Shown here: piece after piece, positions 1 to 6,643 of the stretch
Numbering within the stretch: the stretch's first letter is position 1
How the letters are laid out: each line of letters starts with the position of its first letter
Origin: a virus
Virus record (IMG/VR): IMGVR_UViG_3300043112_000040
Direction: 5' to 3' (one strand)
DNA length: 20,016 bases
Position numbers and translations under genes: made by a program
The notes under the pieces: model-generated
Databases searched by the model: none
What the model saw: only the letters and a program-made list of their open reading frames with translations
Told to the model about the DNA's origin: nothing

Positions 1-831
1 TATACTATCAAGGGTTCCTCTGCTGCTCCCACTTTCGCCTCTGTGTCTTGGGGTATTCCTACCTCTCACCAAGTCACTCTAGGCTCCACTTCTTATTGGT
101 ATGGTACTTCTGCTGAAACCGCTGATCGCGATGTTTTTGCTGACATTTTCGCAATGAAGAACCGCCTTGCTGACTCTCTTGAGATGGAAGTTACCTCCCT
201 GAATATGTTCCTTAACTCTCGACTCCTACAGTCCCTTGTTAAGGATTCTGGTATTCGTGATCTGGTCCAGACTCAGAATATCTCCGAGGCCCAACTTGTG
301 AATAACCCTGCTGGCACTATTGCTCAGATTCTCGGTGTTGGCTCTATTACTCCTTATGACGCTTCTTATACCATCACCAGTCCTCTTGCACAGGCTTACA
401 CTTCTGGCACTACCATCTACGTTACTTCCCCTGAAGACTTCGTAGTAGGTGCCGACGTATGGATTAAGAACAGTGTTGACGGCGCAGCCGGTCCTCGTGC
501 CACTATTACTGCTGTTAACATGGCAACTGGTGCTATCACTCTTAGTGCGGCTCTTACTGGCGTTACTGGTGTTCCTTTCAAGTCTCAACTTGCTATGCGC
601 CAGTTCTTCCTAAGCCCCAAGAAGATTGTAGCAGTTGTGCCTAATGTTGATGGTATGCCTATTGCTGAAATGATGCAAGCTCCTCATGGTAACGAAGGCA
701 TCTACGGTAAGCGTATGCGTACCAAGATGGAAGAGTATCCTGATGGTCAACGTCTGATCATGGAAGATTTATGCTTGCCGGTTTGCTACTTCCCATCTGC
801 TGTTTATCAACTGACTGTCCATGAAGACTAA
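1..831 (+). CDS. Major capsid protein (lambda gpE/HK97-fold-like), 5'-truncated by the window edge
   Basis: Frame 1 is open from base 1 (YTIKGSSAAPTFASVSWGIPTSHQVTL), so the track's GTG at 43 is not the true start. Motifs VSWGIP..H, I.PYD..Y and the C-terminal EEYPDG..LIME..CLPV resemble gpE-family capsids. It is followed by a terminator and head-completion genes. Confidence 0.8.
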   Translation, partial: YTIKGSSAAPTFASVSWGIPTSHQVTLGSTSYWYGTSAETADRDVFADIFAMKNRLADSLEMEVTSLNMFLNSRLLQSLVKDSGIRDLVQTQNISEAQLVNNPAGTIAQILGVGSITPYDASYTITSPLAQAYTSGTTIYVTSPEDFVVGADVWIKNSVDGAAGPRATITAVNMATGAITLSAALTGVTGVPFKSQLAMRQFFLSPKKIVAVVPNVDGMPIAEMMQAPHGNEGIYGKRMRTKMEEYPDGQRLIMEDLCLPVCYFPSAVYQLTVHED

Positions 832-845
832 TTAAAATAAAAAAT

Positions 846-873
846 GGGAGGGGCGAAACTCCCCTCCCTTATT
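846..873 (+). terminator. Rho-independent terminator after the capsid gene
   Basis: Perfect 8-bp stem GGGAGGGG (846-853)/CCCCTCCC (861-868), 7-nt loop, then TTATT. An A-tract upstream suggests it may be bidirectional. Confidence 0.8.
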
Positions 874-889
874 GATAGGATTTTATTAA

Positions 890-1852
890 ATGGAAGTTAT
901 TATAAATGAAGATGGAAGAACTTGCAATGTATGTGGTAAGTTTAAATCATGGGATAACTTTTATAAAAAATCAGGTGTCAGTACCGGAAGAGAAGCCAGA
1001 TGTAAGGCATGTAGAAAAGAGTATTTTGATAGTAGAAAAGATTTAAAAAAAGAATATGATAAAGTCTATAATATAAGGAATAGAGACAGAAGAAGTATAT
1101 TAAATAGTCAATATTATATACATCACAGGGATGAGAGATTAGAATATCACAAAGAATATCGAATAGATAATAAAGATAAAATATCATCTCGAAAAAAAGA
1201 AAGATATAATGAAAATCCAGAATTATATCGAGAAAAGGCTAGAGAATATTATAAAAATAATCCAGAGTCTTATGCAGCGCAAAGAAAAAGATATGGGGAC
1301 TCCCCTGCTAATTTTAAAACCTATGGACATAGGCTACTTATTCAAGAAGACGCGCCTACAGAAACAAAAGATGGATATGTTGAAGTAAAATGTGCGCATT
1401 GTGAACGAAGATATATACCAAATACTAGAAGTGTTAGGAATAGAATTCGGGCATTAAATGAAGACAATGGAACGGAGAATAGGTTTTATTGCTCGGAAGA
1501 GTGTAAGATAGAATGTTCAGTTTATAGAAAACAAACATATCCCGAGGGATTCAAAAAGCCTCGCAAAAGAGAGTGCGGTGCTGAAATCCGCAAAATGGTA
1601 TTAGAAAGAGATAATTACACCTGTCAATATTGCCATAATAAATTTGATGAAAAAGATTTAGAAGCCCATCATGAAAATCCTGTAGCTTGTTCTCCGATGG
1701 AACAGGCAGATATATGTGACATTAAAACTGCATGTAAGTGGTGTCATAAAGATAAGCACAAAGAAGGAACAGGAATGGGTTATGGTGAGTTAGCAAAGAC
1801 TGCATTAATTAACGAAGAGATTATAGAAACCCTAAAAGGAGCAACCCCGTAA
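890..1852 (+). CDS. HNH-family endonuclease with N-terminal zinc fingers (likely free-standing homing endonuclease)
   Basis: CNVC...CKAC finger, long basic helical region, CAHC...YCSEEC finger, and a C-terminal VLERDNYTCQYC...LEAHHENP...CKWCHKDKH HNH module. It is much more AT-rich than the capsid gene. Confidence 0.85.
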   Translation: MEVIINEDGRTCNVCGKFKSWDNFYKKSGVSTGREARCKACRKEYFDSRKDLKKEYDKVYNIRNRDRRSILNSQYYIHHRDERLEYHKEYRIDNKDKISSRKKERYNENPELYREKAREYYKNNPESYAAQRKRYGDSPANFKTYGHRLLIQEDAPTETKDGYVEVKCAHCERRYIPNTRSVRNRIRALNEDNGTENRFYCSEECKIECSVYRKQTYPEGFKKPRKRECGAEIRKMVLERDNYTCQYCHNKFDEKDLEAHHENPVACSPMEQADICDIKTACKWCHKDKHKEGTGMGYGELAKTALINEEIIETLKGATP

Positions 1853-2202
1853 TGAAGGTAAAGACCCTAAAAACTGTGTCGGCATTTGGAGAAACCATCA
1901 ATCAGGATTCTATTTTTGAAGGCGATATTAAGGATTTCCCAAAATGTATTCAGAAAGAGATTGAGATGAAAGCCGGAACGGTCATTATTATGGTTGATGA
2001 TGAAGTTAAGGAAAAGAAAGAAAAAGATATTCAACCAGAGCCCCTTGCTGAATCTCACGTTGAAGAACATCTAGCAAAAGAACTAGAACTGGAAGAAGAG
2101 AAGCAGAAAGAAGAAGTCAAAAAGGAAGATGAATTTCCTGCCGCTCCTCCTGCTTCATCCAAAAAGAAAGCACCTAAGAAGACATCCCGCAAAAAGAAAT
2201 AA
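1852..2202 (+). CDS. Hypothetical head-region protein with Glu/Lys-rich low-complexity C-terminus
   Basis: SD AAGGAG at 1836-1841 and TAATG overlap with the HNH stop. Small proteins of this kind commonly follow major capsid genes. Confidence 0.7.
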   Translation: MKVKTLKTVSAFGETINQDSIFEGDIKDFPKCIQKEIEMKAGTVIIMVDDEVKEKKEKDIQPEPLAESHVEEHLAKELELEEEKQKEEVKKEDEFPAAPPASSKKKAPKKTSRKKK

Positions 2203-2213
2203 GGTAAGCACCA

Positions 2214-2675
2214 ATGGCAACAAGCAGAGAAGACTTATATACTCTTGTTCATATTGAATTAGGAGAGTTAGCCGAAGACCTCCAACAAGAGGAAATCAAC
2301 AGGTCTATTGATAAGGCTATGGTTGAACTTGGCTATACTTATCCTATTACTGGTCTTAGTGAAATGTGGGCAATTAATCGTAGCAAGCGTCATGCGATTG
2401 AAATTCTCTTGTTAACAGAGTCTCCCAGTTTTAAGTATAACAAACTGGAACTACAACAGGCTTTTGAACACCTTAAAACATTAGTGTTGTATTATGATGA
2501 AACTTTTACTTCTGCTTTGGAAACAAGTCCCGAATTATTTCCGAACGCTACTTGGGCTAATAATCCTGCCTCCGCTCTTGGTGTTTATATTACTAACGGG
2601 TTTGATTATGACGCTACTGGCAGGGATATTTCCTTTCTTGGATTGAAAACCAAGTATACCCCCGACGAGAGTTAA
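2214..2675 (+). CDS. Putative head-tail adaptor (SPP1 gp15/HK97 gp6-like)
   Basis: 153 aa, predicted helical, first in the head-completion position, SD-like AAGGT upstream. Function is inferred from synteny. Confidence 0.55.
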   Translation: MATSREDLYTLVHIELGELAEDLQQEEINRSIDKAMVELGYTYPITGLSEMWAINRSKRHAIEILLLTESPSFKYNKLELQQAFEHLKTLVLYYDETFTSALETSPELFPNATWANNPASALGVYITNGFDYDATGRDISFLGLKTKYTPDES

Positions 2676-2679
2676 TTAA

Positions 2680-3312
2680 ATGCCTACAAGTATTGGTGAG
2701 CGCATAAAAAACAAGGCATTTAGGAAGATAGGTACAACTATCACTCCTTTGACTGGATTCAATTTAACTGAGCAACCACAGGAATCTATTTTAACGGAAC
2801 TCAGTAATCAGGCCACAAAGGTTTTTATTCAAGAGTTCTATCTAAAAGGATATTTTCCTTTTGATACTGTTTGTGTTCCGGGTGACTATATCAGAACCGA
2901 GTATGATGGAGAAATCTATCAGATAATGAACTTGAATAATGAGCCATTCAAAAATCAAGTGGTTCAGAAACACGCAACTCTATATAAGTCCAATAACACT
3001 GTAAGAGTACAGTATCAAACAAAGGTATTAAATCCTCAGACATATAACGAAGAGATTGTTTGGGTAGATAGACATAATATTGATATTCCTTGCTCTATTA
3101 CAGATACTCGTTTTGGTGCAGAAATATCAGATTATAATAATATTGGTGAACTTGTTTTGGATAATGCTGTTGTGTATTTCTCAAGAAATTTTTTGGTTAA
3201 AGAATTAGATAGGCTTGTATTTGCTTCTGGTAAAACAATGAAGGTGGATGTTGTGTCGCAGTGGAACTATGGATATTCTTATGAAGTGGAAATTTCGGAG
3301 GACAATCGTTAA
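2680..3312 (+). CDS. Putative head-closure protein (SPP1 gp16/lambda gpFII-like), apparently two tandem domains
   Basis: Beta-rich. C-half pattern VRVQ...W....IPCSI...G.E...VVYF...DRLVF.SG..MKVDVV resembles gp16-type stoppers, and the N-half has a similar PGDYI...DGEIYQI. Synteny agrees. Confidence 0.6.
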   Translation: MPTSIGERIKNKAFRKIGTTITPLTGFNLTEQPQESILTELSNQATKVFIQEFYLKGYFPFDTVCVPGDYIRTEYDGEIYQIMNLNNEPFKNQVVQKHATLYKSNNTVRVQYQTKVLNPQTYNEEIVWVDRHNIDIPCSITDTRFGAEISDYNNIGELVLDNAVVYFSRNFLVKELDRLVFASGKTMKVDVVSQWNYGYSYEVEISEDNR

Positions 3313-3314
3313 TT

Positions 3315-3704
3315 ATGTTGACTGTGTATTTGATTGATCGTGGTGGAGATAAGAAGAAGGCAATTAGAAGTCTTAGCAAGTTAGAACCCAGTATTATTGA
3401 GAAACCAAAAGGAACAGCTTGCACAGGGTTAGGAAACAATTGTAAACATGATTGGTATATGATTTTGTTTACAGATGAATATTTAGAAGATATTCTTTGT
3501 GATGCTTTGCCTTATTTTATGGCTTCTGACTATGATTATTTTAATATGTATCGTTGCATGGATGACGGAAAGAATCAACGATATTTTATGAATCCACGGT
3601 TGTTCAGAAAAGGTGTTGTGTTAAATAAGAATGGAGAACCTGGAAGCGAATACGTAGGAACTTCTATTTTGGATGGGTTTATATTCAATGAGTGTTCAGG
3701 TTAA
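3315..3704 (+). CDS. Small degenerate GT2 (GT-A fold) glycosyltransferase-like protein
   Basis: MLTVYLI start, CKHDWYMILFTDEYL, PRLFRKG and LDGFIFN match the order of WaaE/KdtX-type GT2 motifs (DWVLxLDADERL, RLFR, LxGxIxH). SD GGAGG at 3297-3301. Confidence 0.55.
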   Translation: MLTVYLIDRGGDKKKAIRSLSKLEPSIIEKPKGTACTGLGNNCKHDWYMILFTDEYLEDILCDALPYFMASDYDYFNMYRCMDDGKNQRYFMNPRLFRKGVVLNKNGEPGSEYVGTSILDGFIFNECSG

Positions 3705-4254
3705 TATCAATCCTTCTTTTTACACACAAATAAAAGAAGTTGTAAAAAGAACAAGAAACCTAGAGAAAGAGGTTAATAAGTTAATTGCTCCTAGAGGGGA
3801 ATTAATGAGAACTCTTTCTAATGAATACTTTAAGAAGTTAAGACAAAACTTATATAGTCAGAAATATCCTGCTAATCCTAAAAAATATAATACCAGATAT
3901 GCTGATTGGAAGATGAAGAATTATGGGTTCATGGACCCTTGGTTTCTTGAAGGTGATTTGTTCAAAAACATAAAAGTGTTTGAGCAAGATGGAATGAGAA
4001 TGGTTGGTGTTCCAAAAGGAATTTATGCTGGTGGTAAATCTTGGTTTAAGAGCAGAGAAAATCAAAATAAAGGAAACAATCCAAGAGAAATTACTTATTA
4101 TGGTTATCTGATTGAACATGGTTCTCCTAGTGGCAAAATTCCAGCAAGACCAGTTTTCGGACCAACCCTTGCTGACTTTGTGAAAGAAGATTTCAATAGA
4201 ATATCATTAAGACCAACAAGAACAATATTTAGAGGATGGAGAATAAGAAGGTAA
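3688..4254 (+). CDS. HK97 gp10-like neck/tail-completion protein
   Basis: C-terminal YYGYLIEHGSPSGKIPARPVFGPTL fits the gp10-family Y...EHG....PARP motif, and the protein is basic. The start is either ATG 3688 or ATG 3673. Confidence 0.75.
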   Translation: MSVQVNINPSFYTQIKEVVKRTRNLEKEVNKLIAPRGELMRTLSNEYFKKLRQNLYSQKYPANPKKYNTRYADWKMKNYGFMDPWFLEGDLFKNIKVFEQDGMRMVGVPKGIYAGGKSWFKSRENQNKGNNPREITYYGYLIEHGSPSGKIPARPVFGPTLADFVKEDFNRISLRPTRTIFRGWRIRR

Positions 4255-4255
4255 T

Positions 4256-4462
4256 ATGATAGTACAAGATATTAGACCTGTTGATGTAGAAATTACTACA
4301 ATCTTTACACTAACAGAACTACAGCACTTGAAAACTGTGTTAGATGGTGCTATAATCCGAAAAGATATGTATGACGAAGAAGTATATGGTTCATATGAAG
4401 AATTTAAAAGTGTATTAGAAGCGTTATTGAAGGAAACAGAAGATGGCGTTACCGGAAATTAG
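4256..4462 (+). CDS. Small acidic hypothetical protein (68 aa)
   Basis: ATG one base after the previous stop, AGAAGGT upstream, and it fills the gap in a tightly packed operon. Confidence 0.65.
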   Translation: MIVQDIRPVDVEITTIFTLTELQHLKTVLDGAIIRKDMYDEEVYGSYEEFKSVLEALLKETEDGVTGN

Positions 4463-4919
4463 CAAGGAAATAAATTTCAAGTATTCAATCCGCAAGTTTT
4501 TTTACGACCTTGCTTCTTCACAGACTCCTTCCCTTCCGCTCCTCTTCGACACCGGGCAGAAGGTTCCTCTCGACGATGAATCTTCTGCCCAACCAAAATG
4601 GCTCTCAATTTCTTTTGGGAACTATATTGTGGGAAGGCTAAATGAAGCAACAATTGATGTTTATTGTTGTGCAAGGGATGATGAAGGAGCGGATGAAGTA
4701 ACAATCTTGCGGGATTTGATTGTAGAAAATTTTACTGATTCAGATGCTACAGATACAATCAAGCGTATTCCAATGTATATTAACATTGGTACGCCTGATG
4801 AAGAGATTATTGCATGGATGATTGCAGAGATTGCTTTTCAATCACCATATTTGAAGGCTACGGATGGTACTCAATATAAACTAATTACTATAAATCTAAG
4901 ATGGGGCGGGGTTTATTAG
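4443..4919 (+). CDS. Putative tail terminator protein (SPP1 gp17/lambda gpU-like)
   Basis: 158 aa, acidic, immediately upstream of the tail tube gene, with a W..ISFG....TIDVYC strand pattern and SD AAGGA. Confidence 0.6.
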   Translation: MALPEISKEINFKYSIRKFFYDLASSQTPSLPLLFDTGQKVPLDDESSAQPKWLSISFGNYIVGRLNEATIDVYCCARDDEGADEVTILRDLIVENFTDSDATDTIKRIPMYINIGTPDEEIIAWMIAEIAFQSPYLKATDGTQYKLITINLRWGGVY

Positions 4920-4945
4920 AACCGCTCTAGTTAAGGAGATAAATT

Positions 4946-5848
4946 ATGGCTGTTACTGGACCTCGTTTAATTAACCCTGATAGACTCGCTCTAGGTCTGT
5001 CAGAAGTGCGTGTTGGCCCTAGTGCTGCAAATATTGCAACCACTACCCCCGTTCTAACTTCTGCTCATTCTCTTGGTGCGCTCGCAAGTGCCTCATATTC
5101 ATCAGCAAAAGAGTATTACGAACATCGTTCAGGCTTCCCAAGGATTAAAGATGCTGTTATTCCTACTCAGGAAGATCAGATGGTTACATGCGAGATGGAA
5201 GAAATGACTCCTCGCAACCTAGCCATTCTACAGGGTATTGATCCTGCTGCGGCTGGTTCTGCTTGGGTTGGTGAAAGTTACAATGTTGTTAGTTCTGCTG
5301 CTGGTACTTACAACCTTGCAGATGACATCGACGGCGGGGCTGATGCTGAAGCAGACACATATCGCGTTGTATTCCTGACTGCTACTACCTATTCCGTCTA
5401 TTCTGACACTCGCGGTAAACTTACTGGTGATCAGATTGGTGAAGGTGATACCACCGCACTGTCTACTTTCACCGATGGAGCTACCGAGCTTCTTGCTATT
5501 CCTTCTGGCTTTTTCTCCGGGGTATGGGCCGCAGACGACCTGTTCTCTTTCTCTATGGCTAAAGAAGGATATGATTCTGTTACTGCTGGTGAAATCAAGT
5601 TAGGGACCATTTCTGCTCCTGAATACCTTCGGGTAGAATCTGTATATACATTCCCTAACGGTACTAATACTATGACCTTTATCTTCCCCCGCGCTCAAGC
5701 TCGTTCTGACACTAGCGAGATCGCATTTGCTACTGACACTAATGCTGCTATTACTATTACGTTTGAGTCCACTCCTGCGGATTCTACCGTAAGTGGTGGT
5801 CACGCAAATTGGGATGATATGCCTCTTGGTCGTATTATTCTTGCATAA
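4946..5848 (+). CDS. Major tail tube protein with an internal extra domain
   Basis: Strong SD TAAGGAG, codon style similar to the capsid gene, position between tail terminator and chaperones, a following terminator, and a beta-rich tube-like pattern (MTFIFPRA). Confidence 0.85.
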   Translation: MAVTGPRLINPDRLALGLSEVRVGPSAANIATTTPVLTSAHSLGALASASYSSAKEYYEHRSGFPRIKDAVIPTQEDQMVTCEMEEMTPRNLAILQGIDPAAAGSAWVGESYNVVSSAAGTYNLADDIDGGADAEADTYRVVFLTATTYSVYSDTRGKLTGDQIGEGDTTALSTFTDGATELLAIPSGFFSGVWAADDLFSFSMAKEGYDSVTAGEIKLGTISAPEYLRVESVYTFPNGTNTMTFIFPRAQARSDTSEIAFATDTNAAITITFESTPADSTVSGGHANWDDMPLGRIILA

Positions 5849-5861
5849 ATAATAACAAAAT

Positions 5862-5894
5862 AAAGGGGAGGGGATTAAAAACCTCCTCCCTTTT
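5862..5894 (+). terminator. Rho-independent terminator after the tail tube gene
   Basis: AAAGGGGAGGGG (5862-5873) pairs with CTCCTCCCTTTT (5883-5894) using two G-U pairs. Confidence 0.75.
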
Positions 5895-5914
5895 CTAAAA
5901 GGAGCCTTAACTAA

Positions 5915-6286
5915 ATGTCGAAGTTACTACCAAATACCCGTAAACTTGTAGTGGGTATTCGTGAAATGAAGGAAGTAGAAGTTTATCCCCTGTCTTTTGG
6001 TCAACAGAAGAAGTTTGCAGACAAGGTTGCGTCTGCCCTTAATGAATTTTCAGAGAAGAACGAAGAAGACCTTGCTGTTACTGATATGGCACAAATGATT
6101 CTCACCTTGATTGAGGATAATATTGTTGCTCTATCTGAAATGGTTATTGAAGGTGGAATTGATGTAGAGAGTATTACCAACGATCAGGTGGTTGAGCTTG
6201 CAACTATTATTTATGAAATGAATTATGAGGGCGCGTCAAAAAACGTACTAAACCTCGTCAATCGAATGAAAAACATTTTGACATAG
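5915..6286 (+). CDS. Tail assembly chaperone (gpG-like)
   Basis: Lies between tube and tape measure, SD AAGGAG, acidic and helical, with a slippery heptamer near the 3' end. Confidence 0.85.
   Translation: MSKLLPNTRKLVVGIREMKEVEVYPLSFGQQKKFADKVASALNEFSEKNEEDLAVTDMAQMILTLIEDNIVALSEMVIEGGIDVESITNDQVVELATIIYEMNYEGASKNVLNLVNRMKNILT
6238..6244 (+). promoter_or_regulatory. Programmed -1 ribosomal frameshift site A AAA AAC
   Basis: In-phase X XXY YYZ heptamer (tcA AAA AAC). The -1 frame reads KKRTKPRQSNEKHFDIDEVLTFVLEKYP without a stop into the 6295 ORF. Confidence 0.85.
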
Positions 6287-6606
6287 ACGAGGTTTTGACC
6301 TTTGTATTGGAAAAATATCCTCAGTTAACAATCAATCATTTCTATAACATTCCTGTATATAATGGTGGAATCTCTGTTCAGCAATTAAATATCTTGTATG
6401 AGCAAGCGTCTATTAGAGATTATAATAACTTTAGAAATATGGCGGCTCTGCACGATAAGAAGATGCCAGAACATAAGAGTAAAATAACACCTAATACAGA
6501 TAACATGACAGATGAAGAGAAGCAGAGAGAAACTGAGCGACAGATGCGAGGATTCTTGGAGTTCTTTGGGCAGGACAAGGTTGAGATTTCTGATCATTTA
6601 AAATAG
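6244..6606 (+). CDS. gpT-like C-terminal part of the G-T frameshift fusion (about 230 aa, 5915-6606)
   Basis: Open -1 frame from the slippery site to TAG 6606, directly before the tape measure gene. The track's TTG 6295 start is probably internal. Confidence 0.8.
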   Translation, partial: RTKPRQSNEKHFDIDEVLTFVLEKYPQLTINHFYNIPVYNGGISVQQLNILYEQASIRDYNNFRNMAALHDKKMPEHKSKITPNTDNMTDEEKQRETERQMRGFLEFFGQDKVEISDHLK

Positions 6607-6643
6607 AAAAGAATATATAGATAAGGGTTAAAAGTTAAATAAA

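Noticed and set aside
890-1852. HNH as part of a group I intron or intein
   Set aside because: The capsid gene ends normally with a stop and terminator, the flanks are short, and no splicing motifs are evident.
1829-1872. 9-bp direct repeat ACCCTAAAA (1829 and 1864) as a target-site duplication
   Set aside because: Both copies are on the same side of the HNH gene and the repeat is short enough to be chance.
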